A stretch of DNA of 64,000 nucleotides, taken from assembly GCF_006345805.1 (NCBI RefSeq), contig NC_043019.1:1116001-1180000 (forward strand). Reading direction: 5' to 3'. Within the stretch, counting starts at the first letter, position 1. Each line of letters opens with the position of its first letter. This document shows, piece after piece, positions 1 through 12,711 of this stretch. This stretch comes from Octopus sinensis. Its lineage: Eukaryota. The notes beneath the pieces were generated by a model. It was given only the letters and a program-made list of their open reading frames with translations. It was not told the DNA's origin and made no database searches. The translations under genes were made by a program, and so were the position numbers.

Positions 1-138
1 GGTCGTAGTCAAAATGACTGAAACAAGTAAAAGAAATATGAGCAAAAATGAAAGTAGTATTTCTGGCCTACTTGAAAGGTTTGAAACACTTATTTCATTT
101 TATGTCAAGTTTTGTTAGAACTCCTAAAGCCTTGCATG

Positions 139-139
<1 letters not shown>

Positions 140-197
<58 letters not shown>

Positions 198-226
198 CAT
201 TATTATTATTATCATTATCATTATTA

Positions 227-261
<35 letters not shown>

Positions 262-262
262 T
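140..262. repeat. (TTA)n microsatellite with TCA variants
   Basis: Direct reading; source of the poly-Y/poly-I ORFs at 48-404. Confidence 0.98.
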
Positions 263-594
263 TATTAGCTCGCAGGGGGCTAGACACAGAGAGGACAAAC
301 AAGGACAGACAAACGGATTAAGTCGATTATATCGATCCCAGTGCGTAAATGATACTTATTTAATCGACCCCGAAAGGATGAAAGGCAAAGTCGACCTCGG
401 CTGAATTTGAACTCAGAACGTTACGTTACGTTCTGAGTTCAAATCCTCTCGAGGTCGATATTGCCCTTCATCCTTTTAGGGGTCGATTAAATAAGTACCT
501 GTTAATCACTGGGGTTGATGAAATCAACTTAATCCCCTTGTCTGTCCTTGTTCGTCCCCTCTATGTTTAGCCCCTTATGGGCAATAAAGAAATA
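258..594. mobile_element. Two head-less copies of tRNA-derived SINE family A in head-to-head inverted arrangement
   Basis: 258-420 is the minus-strand body and 421-594 the plus-strand body ending aaagaaata. The junction is palindromic: ATTTGAACTCAGAACG-ttacgtta-CGTTCTGAGTTCAAAT. Confidence 0.9.
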
Positions 595-639
595 AATTAT
601 TACTATTATTATTATTGTTATTGCTCTTATTATTACAAT

Positions 640-780
640 GTGAGAGAGCATCCCACGCCATCAAAGTGACATCGAGATACAAATAGACGAATCTGAACTT
701 GCCCCTTTCCTAAGGGTGCACCAGGCACATGCATCACAATCATATGCGCACGATACGGTAATCATGTATGAAGAGATAAA
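640..780 (+). repeat. Degenerate fragment of an interspersed repeat also present at 32600-33143
   Basis: Shares gccatcaaagtgaca...caccaggca...catatg with the reverse complement of ~33000-33130. Confidence 0.6.
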
Positions 781-1189
781 TTAGCGAGGCCCATTTGCAA
801 TTTTTAACAGCCTATCATGTTGAAGAGGACTACGAATAAAAGTTACATAAGGATGACGAATGAAACACCCGGTTCCAAAATGAATTATTCAGATTCCAAA
901 AAATTCTTCACTACACATAGTTATGATGCTCTCTCACCAATACAGCGCATTATCAGAATTGCAAAAATCGTCAGCCACTGTGAGACATGCTCAACTGGTT
1001 ATCGACAGTAACTGGAAAACAAATTTATTGTATTAAGCAGAGTATTTGCTGAAATGAAATAAATGACAAGGGATGGGAAATCGTGGAATGAACTTCATTA
1101 TCGTACGGCTGTTTATCTTAGCTGTGGGCATGCGCATCGACTCACAGCTTCCTGCTTCATCGAATCTTCTAAAATTGTAATTCTTCGAT

Positions 1190-1199
1190 TTATCTATTC

Positions 1200-1271
<72 letters not shown>

Positions 1272-1286
1272 ATCTATCTATCTATC

Positions 1287-1317
<31 letters not shown>

Positions 1318-1383
1318 CTATCTCCCTATTTATCTATTTATCTATCGATCTATCTGTCTGTCTATCTATCTATCTATCTATCA

Positions 1384-1447
<64 letters not shown>

Positions 1448-1484
1448 CCCTATTTATCTATTTATCTATCGATCTATCTGTCTG

Positions 1485-1529
<45 letters not shown>

Positions 1530-1530
1530 A
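1190..1530. repeat. (TATC)n microsatellite
   Basis: Direct reading; gives the IYLS-repeat ORF 1063-1782. Confidence 0.98.
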
Positions 1531-2283
1531 TACACACAAACACGCACATACTCAAACGCACTCACACACACACGCAGGTACACCTACATACACACACACA
1601 TTCACACACACACACACATATATATATGCATATATACATGTATAATTAAGGATGTAGATATAGATGCATACACAAACTCACATATATATAAGTACATACC
1701 TATACAGGCACAGACACACACGCGCACATGTGTGTATGTACTTATGTGTGTATACATATTAACACACTATTCTCTGTCCTAACAGAACCTCCATGTGAAG
1801 CTGGAGATCAAGATTGCCGTTTGGACTTAATATATTTCTATTGGATTTAATAATGTTTCTGTTGCTATTGATTAATTTTCATGAAGGCCCTGCCTCTCTA
1901 TCCTACGTGTTTCTATCCGTCGTGCTTAGTACAACAGCCAATGCACAAAAGAACAGTAGGAGATACATGGGACGTTACATGATATGTGACAAAATATTTC
2001 AGACAACGGACACTACCGTAATATAATGATGATAATAATAATAATAACGAATAGCGCCAGCCTTTCACAGCGGCTGGACGTGTTCATCGCTTCTCTGACC
2101 AGTCAGCAGCCGAAGGCACAGAGGCACTAATATAACCCAACAAGACAACGTAAAAATAACTCTCAAAGACTGGAATATCGACTATTTCTTGTGAGTATTT
2201 AAAATTTTCCCCCAAAATAAGTTAAGAAACTTACATATCTACAGTTTTCGAACGCACAAATGATCAGCTTTAAAAACATTAGT

Positions 2284-2840
2284 ATCTACAACTTCTGTGA
2301 ATGCCTATCCTTTCTTTCACCCTGTGTTTTCGAAAATACAAACATCCTTTTTATTCTAAGAACACAACACTTTTCTCTGTGCGGACATACAAAAGACCAT
2401 CTTTAGTAAATCTTAAAACTTTAAAATCTACAACTTCTGTAAACACCTATCCATTCCTTTCTCCCTAAGTTTTCGAAAATGCAAACAACCTTTTTATTCT
2501 AAGAACAATGTAGTTTTCTCTGTGCAGACGTACAAAGGACTATCTTTAGTAAATCTTAAAACTTTAATATCTACAACTTTCGGGGAAAATTTTGTTCTCC
2601 TTTTCTTTTCTTTCCTTTCTACCTGAGTATTCGAAAATGTAAATATCCTTTTTATTCCAAAAACACAACTCTCTTCTCTAATTGGACATACAAACGAACA
2701 TCTCTAGAAAACTATAAATCTATAAAAAAACTATAAAAAAAAACTTTAATGTCTACAATTTTGTGTGAAAATGTTATCTTTCTTTTCTCCCTGGCTACCC
2801 GAATATGTAAACATACCTTTTATTGCAACAACACAATTAA
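2284..2840. repeat. Diverged ~142-bp tandem repeat, about 4 copies
   Basis: The motif atctacaact recurs at 2284, 2426, 2569 and (gtctacaatt) 2751. Shared blocks include ttcgaaaat, tttttattc and ctttagtaaatcttaaaacttt. Confidence 0.85.
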
Positions 2841-3024
2841 ATAGAAGATAAAAAAAAATTAAGTACATAAGCACCTGCCAATATATATAAACGACAAAAA
2901 TTACTAAAACTCTAAACGATAGCAAAACATAAAAAGAATGGTAAGAATAAAAACAAAAAATTCTGAAATTCAAAAATTCAACAATTCGAACATCAGTACA
3001 TATACATATATATATATATATATA

Positions 3025-3190
3025 TTGGTAAAAACGGTAAGATAGCAAAAGAAGGAAAGAGACCTCAATATTACGTAAATAGAGGAAATAGAGATGGCCA
3101 GAAAACCGAAGAGATGGTGTTGTGAATTTACACTTCGGCATCCGAAACTCAGAGTTTTATCTTGGCTATTGAATAATGGTAACATATTAA

Positions 3191-3200
<10 letters not shown>
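3025..3200 (+). mobile_element. Older, internally deleted relative of the 12707-12960 fold-back element, with a degenerate type I hammerhead at 3101-3161
   Basis: Aligns to 12776-12876 and to the reverse complement of 12880-12940. Motif: gaaaa CCGAAGA gatg..catc c GAAA ctc-a-gag TT ttatc. Confidence 0.7.
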
Positions 3201-3221
<21 letters not shown>

Positions 3222-3222
<1 letters not shown>

Positions 3223-3510
3223 AGCCCCGGGCCGACCAATGCCTTGTGAGTGGATTTGGCAGACGGAAACTGAAAGAAGCCTGTCGTATATATATATAAT
3301 ATATATATATGTGTGTGTGTATGTTTGTCCCCCTAGCATTGCTTGACAACCGATGCTGGTGTGTTTACGTCCCCGTCACTTAGTGGTTCGGCGATAGAAT
3401 AAGTACTGGGCTTACAAAGAATAAGTCCCGGGGTCCATTTGCTCAACTAAAGGCGGTGCTCCAGCATGGCCGCAGTCAAATGACTGAAACAAGGAAAAGA
3501 GTAAAAGAGT
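3222..3510 (+). mobile_element. SINE family B (CORE-like body with internal microsatellite), 5' truncated
   Basis: gccttgtgagtggatttggcagacggaaactgaaagaagc...ggtgctccagcatggccgcagtcaaatgactgaaac; same family as 17328-17683. Confidence 0.85.
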
Positions 3511-3512
3511 AA

Positions 3513-3563
<51 letters not shown>

Positions 3564-3907
3564 GTGTGTGTGTTTGTGTGTGTTTGTATAGAATTATTTT
3601 TTCTCTCAGTATTTGAAAATAGAGCAAGGTGAAATTCTTGTTTTCAAGGCTAAGTTCAGCGCCTTTACTGATCATTAGTAGTAGTGTAAACACATCTGAC
3701 CTCTGCTGACCGACCGAAAGAGACCTATTTTGTCTCTTTTTTCGCACAAGAATGTCCATCGGTGACCTCTTTATCATCTATTTACAGACCTGCTACTCTT
3801 CCTCCTGCTATTCCCTTCATCACTCACATATTTATGATTATCTCAAGTATAAGACGAATGTTGAAACTAAACAGCATATAATAACACCGTTTAAAAATAA
3901 ATGGAAA

Positions 3908-3955
<48 letters not shown>

Positions 3956-4172
3956 AACTACTACTACTACTGCTACTACTACTGCTACTAATAATAATAA
4001 TAATAATTATAATAATAATAATTATTATAATAATAATAATAATTATAATAATAATAATAATGGTAATAATAAAAATAATGATAATAATAATCATGATAAT
4101 AATGACAATGATGATATAATAATAATAATAATGATGATGATAATAATGGTAATAATAATAATAATAATAATG

Positions 4173-4255
<83 letters not shown>

Positions 4256-4256
4256 C
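3908..4256. repeat. Compound (CTA)n/(TAA)n microsatellite
   Basis: Direct reading. Confidence 0.97.
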
Positions 4257-4825
4257 AGTGCTAACTGCAAATGTAAGCAGACTATATGAAAAGAAAGAAT
4301 GTTGGCATAGGATTGATCAGCATAGACCATTGTATAAGGATTGAAAGAAGAACGCTTACCAAGTATTTAATAAACAGTGACGAAGATCTGCTGTAATATA
4401 CCGGGACCCATATTATTATTGATAATTTTAAATACTGTAGGTAGAACGATGGTGGTAATGATAATCATTGTGGTTATGGAAGCGACACAATGCAAGCACG
4501 TTATTTATATATATATATGTGTGTACATACATGTGTACGTGTATATACAAATGAAAAGAGGAAGAGAGGGATGAGATCTCAATAACAATGCCACGAACGA
4601 CTCGTGAAATCATGATGCAACACAACAAGGAAAGAATTACCGGCAAGAATGAAGCTATAGGCGATCATGTTGAAGGCTTCTCGCTCAGCACACGTACGAA
4701 ACCTCCGGCATCAGGGGCAATGATCTGTCCTCGGGCGGTCGTTATGCCACAACAGATTACATACATGGTGTGTGCAAAAAGAGACATAAGTGGAAAAAGG
4801 AAGGGTATGATACACTTATTAAATG

Positions 4826-5279
4826 CAGTGAGCTGGCAGAAACGTTAGCAGTATTTCGTCTGCCGCTACGTTCTGAGTTCAAATTCCGCCGAGGTCGACT
4901 TTACCTTTTATCCTTTCGGGGTCGATTAAATAAGTACCTATTTCTTTATTACCCACAAGGGGCTAAACATAGATGGGACAAACAAGGACAGACATAGGTA
5001 TTAAGTCGATTCCATCGACCCCAGTGCGTAACTGGTACTTAATTTATCGACCCCGAAAGGATGAAAGGCAAAGTCGACCTCGGCGGAATTTGAACTCACA
5101 GCGTAACGACAGACGAAATACGGCTACGCATTTCGCCCGGCGTGCTAACGTTTCTGCCAGCTCGCCGCCTAAATAAGTACCAGTTACGCACTGGGGTCGA
5201 TATAATCGACTTAATCCGTTTGTCTGTCCTTGTTTGTTCCCTCTGTTTTTAGCCCCTTGTGGGTAGTAAAGAAATAGAT
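4826..5279. mobile_element. Plus-strand SINE A interrupted by a full minus-strand SINE A (4939-5169)
   Basis: 12-bp TSD taaataagtacc at 4927-4938 and 5170-5181; the outer copy resumes in register after the insert. Confidence 0.92.
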
Positions 5280-5289
5280 ACTCCTATTA

Positions 5290-5530
5290 AATGCCATGAA
5301 AGAGCAAAGCTAAAAATTTTGGATGGAAAAGGAAATGTATCCAATGTCAGAAAATAAACTAATGAACCAAGTGAGAGTTATTAGAAGGAAGTGTTACCTA
5401 ACTGGAGTAGAAATATCTCAGATTATTAAGAGTTTGAGAGACCCTGTGGATGGGCTATAAACAACGATAGGAGTTGAAAACAAAGAGGTAGAAATTGAAA
5501 GCATGAAAATGAGTAGACAGGAGGAACAGG
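5290..5530 (+). pseudogene. Remnant resembling the N-terminal region of an R4/Dong-type non-LTR ORF
   Basis: Translates WMEKEMYPMSENKLMNQVRVIRRKCYLTGVEISQII, which resembles from memory the W..KGMF...EQRL.DQ.R.IR...L...E motif. Confidence 0.45.
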
Positions 5531-5639
5531 GGAATTGTTATGGGGTTGTTATATGTTCATCACATATAACTGTTTACTGTAAGCATATCATTTGTGCAGA
5601 TTGTTTTGAGCAAGTAATTACGGAATTGTCTTTATGACG

Positions 5640-5785
5640 GGTTTCCGCACAGTTTCCGTCTGGCAAATAGACACCCAGTAATTCTGCATGCAGCGTATTT
5701 ATAATAGTATAAATACTTACCTAAGTTGTCGCGCAGTAGTACGGAACCCCAAAACACATGGTAAAAAACTGAACTTCTTAAACAT
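5640..5785 (-). mobile_element. Degenerate SINE B fragment whose 5' head runs into the minisatellite
   Basis: agtttccgtctggcaaat...acttacctaagttgtcgcgcagtagtacggaacccc matches the reverse complement of the SINE B head/CORE region (compare 60505-60590). Confidence 0.6.
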
Positions 5786-7844
5786 GAATAGATTTTAAAA
5801 TATAAAAACTGAACTTCTTAAAACATAAATAATATTTCAAAATATAAAACCTGAACTTCTTAGACATAAATAGATTTTAAAATATAAAAACTGAACTTCT
5901 TAGACATAAATAGATTTTAAAATATAAAAACTGAACTTCTTAGACATAAATAGATTTTAAAATATAAAACTGAACTTCTTAGACATAAATAGATTTTAAA
6001 ATATAAAAACTGAACTTCTTAGACATAAATAGATTTTAAAATATAAAAACTGAACTTCTTAGACATAAATAGATTTTAAAATATAAAAACTGAACTTCTT
6101 AGACATAAATAGATTTTAAAATATAAAAACTGAACTTCTTAGACATAAATAGATTTTAAAATATAAAAACTGAACTTCTTAGACATAAATAGATTTTAAA
6201 ATATAAAAACTGAACTTCTTAGACATAAATAGATTTCAAAATATAAAAACTGAACTTCTTAGACATAAATAGATTTTAAAATATAAAAACTGAACTTCTT
6301 AGACATAAATAGATTTTAAAATATAAAAACTGAACTTCTTAGACATAAATAGATTTTAAAATATAAAAACTGAACTTCTGAAACATGGATATATTTTAAA
6401 ATATAAAAACTGAACTTCTTAGACATAAATAGATTTCAAAATATAAAAACTGAACTTCTTAGACATAAATAGATTTTAAAATATAAAAACTGAACTTCTT
6501 AGACATAAATAGATTTTAAAATATAAAAACTGAACTTCTTAAACATGAATAGATTTTAAAATATAAAAACTGAACTTCTTAAACATGGATAGATTTTAAA
6601 ATATAAAAACTGAACTTCTTAAAACATAAATATATTTCAAAATATAAAAACTGAACTTCTTAAACATGGATAGATTTTAAAATATAAAAACTGAACTTCT
6701 TAGACATAAATAGATTTTAAAATATAAAAACTGAACTTTTTAGACATAAATAGATTTTAAAATATAAAAACTGAACTTCTTAGACATAAATAGATTTTAA
6801 AATATAAAAACTGAACTTCTTAGACATAAATAGATTTTAAAATATAAAAACTGAACTTCTTAGACATAAATAGATTTTAAAATATAAAAACTGAACTTCT
6901 TAGACATAAATATATTTCAAAATATAAAAACTGAACTTCTTAGACATAAATAGATTTTAAAATATAAAAACTGAACTTCTTAGACATAAATAGATTTTAA
7001 AATATAAAAACTGAACTTCTTAGACATAAATAGATTTTAAAATATAAAAACTGAACTTCTTAGACATAAATATATTTCAAAATATAAAGACTGAACTTCT
7101 TAGACATAAATAGATTTTAAAATATAAAAACTGAACTTCTTAGACATAAATAGATTTTAAAATATAAAAACTGAACTTCTTAGACATAAATAGATTTTAA
7201 AATATAAAAACTGAACTTCTTAGACATAAATATATTTCAAAATATAAAACTGAACTTCTTAGACATAATAGATTTTAAAATATAAAAACTGAACTTCTTA
7301 GACATAAATAGATTTTAAAATATAAAAACTGAACTTCTTAGACATAAATAGATTTTAAAATATAAAAACTGAACTTCTTAGACATAAATATATTTCAAAA
7401 TATAAAAACTGAACTTCTTAGACATAAATAGATTTCAAAATATAAAAACTGAACTTCTTAGACATAAATAGATTTTAAAATATAAAAACTGAACTTCTTA
7501 GACATAAATAGATTTCAAAATATAAAAACTGAACTTCTTAGACATAAATAGATTTTAAAATATAAAAACTGAACTTCTTAGACATAAATAGATTTTAAAA
7601 TATAAAAACTGAACTTCTTAGACATAAATATTTCAAAATATAAAAACTGAACTTCTTAGACATAAATAGATTCAAAATATAAAAACTGAACTTCTTAGAC
7701 ATAAATAGATTTTAAAATATAAAACTGAACTTCTTAGACATAAATAGATTTCAAAATATAAAAACTGAACTTCTTAGACATAAATAGATTTTAAAATATA
7801 AAAACTGAACTTCTTAGACATAAATAGATTTTAAAATATAAAAA
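5763..7844. repeat. 40-bp minisatellite, about 52 copies (AAAACTGAACTTCTTAGACATAAATAGATTTTAAAATATA)
   Basis: Head-to-tail 40-bp period visible across lines; mostly identical units with a few recurrent variants. Confidence 0.99.
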
Positions 7845-8049
7845 TACGTAACACCCAAAGGCCATGTCGTCAGTTGGGGATTGTTCATCAACAACTCAAA
7901 TGGGTTCCCACTCGTAATGGAGATCGTATTTCAGAGGCATTCACATACTGCACATGATATATTATCGATATCGTTTTGCGATGCAAACATGTTTTTGAGA
8001 ACCGCATTCTGATAATGTTTTAGACACACCATATAAATAAACGTTGCCG

Positions 8050-8186
8050 TAGTTTCATAAGTGTAACATACACGCTCGCACGCACACACACATGCATATA
8101 CATAAGTGCCTATAAATACATATATACAAGTACACATCTACACATACATACACACGCATATGTATATGTATTCATGTATATATGGA

Positions 8187-8230
<44 letters not shown>

Positions 8231-8233
8231 GGT

Positions 8234-8264
<31 letters not shown>

Positions 8265-8312
8265 CGTGTGTCTATACGTCGATATATATGTATTGTGTAA
8301 ATACATATATAT

Positions 8313-8347
<35 letters not shown>

Positions 8348-9187
8348 ATGTATTCATATACATATCTATCTAACTATATATCTCAATCAATATACATCTA
8401 TGCTTGTGTGTGTTTGTGTGTATATCTGTTGCGTGTGTATGCGTATGTGTATGTTTGTACGCTTGTGTGTGTATGTGTCATTGTGTTTGTACATTTGTAT
8501 TTTTGTACATATTTGCATCGCCTGCGGGCAAGAAAGTTTCATTATATATTTTAAAAATTCAATGATAAATCGATAATAGTATCTCTATTTTTTCTCTCAG
8601 TAATGATCGATAGCTTATCAAGGAATATACCACTGTCATTCGCAGTCGTAATACAAAGAGTGCTCAATTCTATATCTTCAGAGAGTAATACTATAAGAAG
8701 GAAATTTGTTTATTTAGTGTCCATGTTTGTGTGCGTGTACACTCATATTCCCACACACATGTGTTTAAATATATATATATATATATATATTTATTATATA
8801 GAAGGAGCTTCTACAGGACTAGAACTGTTTCATTCAAGAGAAATCTTCAGGAAGCTAGTTAACAAGAATTGTATTGGCATTTATACATTTAGGCAGGTTT
8901 AAAGGGGTGTTGGTGGGGGACTTTTTGGGGGTAGGCATAGCGCAAAAAATCATACTTGGGGGAGTGGTCAAGGAGTCAGTGTTAAATTAGATAGGAGAAT
9001 AAATAAAAAATAAAAAATAAAAATAAAAAAAAAAAAATAAAAAAAAAAATAAAAAATAAAAAATAAAAAATATAAAATATAAAAAATAAAAAATAAAAAT
9101 AAAAAATAGAAAATAAAAAAATAAAAAATATAAAAAAATAAAAAAATAAAAAAAAAAATAAAAATAAAAAAATAAAAAAATAAAAAA

Positions 9188-9236
<49 letters not shown>

Positions 9237-10111
9237 GGGGGGAATAGAGTTTTAGGTAAATAAGGAGATTCTCACTTATACCTCTACACATACACACATA
9301 TATATACAATCACACATACATATACATATCTACACATACACATATATATGTATACATACACACACTCACTTGCATACACGTATACACACATGTATATATA
9401 CACACACGACCACACATACATATACACACAGAAAAAAATATATATATACACATACACACACATCTACTCACATACACGCATACACACACAAATCCATACA
9501 CACACATGCACACACAGCACACTAGTCCCTATATACACATATATACACATACACACATATATATACACCCACACATACACATACATACACATATATATAC
9601 ATACATACACATACATATACACATATATATACATACACATATATATATATATATATACACATTTATATACATATGTGTACCCATGCATACCTACACATAC
9701 ACAATATATATATATACATATACAAATACAGACCCATGCCTAATTTTAATTTTATTATCTACGTTTATTACTTTTGTTATCTTTGGCCGCTTGGTCACAA
9801 ACATCTTGGCTATGACAGCCAGACCATTTATCCCGTCTACTGGAAAACAATTACTCATTCACTCACGCACACTCTTTAGCACGTACACTCACTCATTCGT
9901 ACACTCATACGGATACACGCACGCACGCGTTATATTCATACATACATACATCTACATACATTCACGTATATACACATACGTACGCGTACCTACAGATTCA
10001 TGTCTACACTCTTAGAAGGCTAGTCTATACATATACACCAATAAATATAAATACACACACATACATGTACACCTACATACAAATACATACATGTACATAT
10101 ATATATAACAT

Positions 10112-10142
<31 letters not shown>

Positions 10143-10301
10143 ATATATATATATATATATATACACGTACCTACAGATTCATGTCTACACTCTTCGAAGG
10201 CTAGTCTATACATATACACCCATAAGTATAAATACACACACATACATACATGTACACCTACATACAAATACATACAAGTACATATATACATACATATATA
10301 T

Positions 10302-10351
<50 letters not shown>

Positions 10352-10515
10352 TATATTCATACTAACATGCATACTCAAAAAATAAGTAAATAGTAAATAT
10401 ATATACGCGCAGTTATTCATACATGCATACTCAAAAAATAAATATTAAGTATATGTACGTGCAGTTACCTATTATATAGACGGATACATACATATAATAA
10501 ACTTACACACATAGA

Positions 10516-10603
<88 letters not shown>

Positions 10604-10680
10604 CATACATACACACACATATATATAAATATATACATACACACATACACCTACATATACACATACACACATACATACAT

Positions 10681-10734
<54 letters not shown>

Positions 10735-10810
10735 CACACATACACATACATATACATACACATACATACATATATATACACATACTTATATATATATATA
10801 TATAAAGGGG
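8050..10810. repeat. Field of (TA)n, (CA/TG)n and A-rich (AAAAAAT)n simple repeats, including a 181-bp-period local duplication (9985-10090 and 10166-10275)
   Basis: Direct reading; cgtacctacagattcatgtctacactctt(a/c)gaaggctagtctatacatatacacc occurs twice. Confidence 0.93.
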
Positions 10811-11014
10811 TTTGTATGATTGTGTATAGAGGGATATATATTATTCAAAGGAATTCCAACTCGTCTTTTTTTTAATCTTTTATTTATATTCTTTATAATA
10901 TTAATGTAGAATATAGAATATATAGCATAAATAATATATATATATATATTTTAAAATGAAATGAGGTATTGATTGTGCTATTGAGTAGATAAAATACTGA
11001 ATATAGAATATTAA

Positions 11015-11058
11015 GGGACTAGTATACTTTCGTGCATTATAGCAGTCTTCAAGGTCCC
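11015..11058 (-). ncRNA. Degenerate minimal type I hammerhead ribozyme (PLE-type)
   Basis: Minus strand GGGAC CUUGAAGA cUGC-uauaau-GCAc GAAA GUAUAC UA GUCCC. Stem I is 5 bp and stem III is palindromic; the core has a 1-nt insertion and a stem II mismatch. Confidence 0.6.
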
Positions 11059-11104
11059 AGGTTGTGACAGGAGTGTGTATTTATATATATATATATATAT
11101 ATAC

Positions 11105-11290
11105 TATATTAAATTAGAGATAAAACCACTATTAGGCAAATCATACAATGAAAAACTTAAGCCAATACATAAGATTAATTGATTTATATTATTTTAAATA
11201 TGTATCAAACTTATTAAAAAAAGTATGTATTGGCTTAAGTTTTTCATTGTATGATTTGCCTAATAGTGGTTTTATCTCTAATTTAATATA
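11105..11290. repeat. Perfect 67-bp inverted repeat with 52-nt spacer (fold-back element)
   Basis: 11105-11171 is the exact reverse complement of 11224-11290. A diverged partial copy lies at ~62800-62860. Confidence 0.97.
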
Positions 11291-11373
11291 ATATAATATT
11301 TTCCTATAAAATTGGATTCAATCCTAAATCTGATTTTTCCCTGTAAGTTTGGATTTATTCCCTAATATTTGAT

Positions 11374-11433
<60 letters not shown>

Positions 11434-11436
<3 letters not shown>

Positions 11437-12542
11437 GGTGCATAAGATATCGGACGAAAGATTCATGTTAGCAATAAAACATAATAATAGATACTGATTT
11501 TATTTATCAAAACATGCTATTAGGATAAATATAAACCTGCAATAAAGTCACCTTCAGCTTCAACAACTGCTTCAATACGAGATTTAAATTATCTACATGC
11601 CCGAATGAAGTCGTCACGGTTCCGTTTGTACATTATTCTGACTATGGCAGCTTTCAAAGAATCGCTAGTGTTATGGGTGTGTTTATTTGTCTCTCTCTAA
11701 ACAACGTCCACATGTAATAGTTCAATGTGATCAGAAAAAAATATTCAGCTATCCATTCCTCTGTTACTAAAGCCATGTGTGAGAGAGCAGAGTCTTACTG
11801 AAACACATATCACCTTCTATTACATATACTGTCTATCTAAGGCTTAACAATTAATTCCAGGACCTCAATGTAGGCAGCAGAGTTAACTCTAAGGCCTTGC
11901 GGAAAGAAGTAAGTTGGCATTACATGTCATTCATAGCTGACAACCTCTAAAACCATGACAGTTGCAGGAAATTTTGTATGCATAACACTTGGAACTTCAG
12001 AAGGATCTGCACATAATCATCTGTCATCTTCCTTTAAGTGTTTGATCTTGGATTTTTCAATTTGTTTAAGAGCCTTTTAGATCTAATGTAGTGATTTTCT
12101 TTTGCTTTTTCTGACAAATTCACGTTTTCGCGCCATATAAGACTTATATCTGAAGTCTTCTTGGACAACAATTCTGACTGTTCTTTCTGACAAATGGAGA
12201 TATTTTGTAATTAAATCTGATGGATTTTTAAAATTTTAATCACTGGTCTGTTAACTTGGTGGATAGATTTACGTGCTTGGATTATTTCAGAGCGTTTCGA
12301 ACGCTTTTTTGTGCTTTGATACGTTTCCACCTTCAATCTCTAGCTCCTTACAAATTTCATAGACGAAAGATCAGGCAAGTTTTAAAAATCGAGATATTTC
12401 TAAGTCGCTATCCTCAGCCTTTATAAACACAATAATAACACATCTATTCATTCCTTGAGTAAGCTGAGTGTCTGCCATTATTATTTTCTGAAAATGCTGC
12501 AATGACCCAAAACATGTATATCCTCAAATACTTTACGCACCC

Positions 12543-12544
<2 letters not shown>
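11434..12544 (-). mobile_element. Degenerate Tc1/mariner (maT/DD37D-like) transposon
   Basis: Termini CAGGGTGC...GCACCCTG. Minus-strand remnants VMHTKFPATVMVLEVVS, FFPQGLRVNSAAYIEVL, YVFQ*DSA and FKSRIEAVVEAEGDFI, with stops and frameshifts. Confidence 0.85.
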
Positions 12545-12584
<40 letters not shown>

Positions 12585-12670
12585 CGACCGCTGGCCAGTA
12601 AAGCTTATTTTATTCTCTCCGTTTATTTTCTCGTATTCTTTTCTGTTAAAGAGCGTAGTCTCTCTCTCTC

Positions 12671-12706
<36 letters not shown>

Positions 12707-12711
<5 letters not shown>

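Noticed and set aside
5763-7844. CRISPR-like array
   Set aside because: Units are head-to-tail with no unique spacers, no cas genes are present, and the context is eukaryotic.
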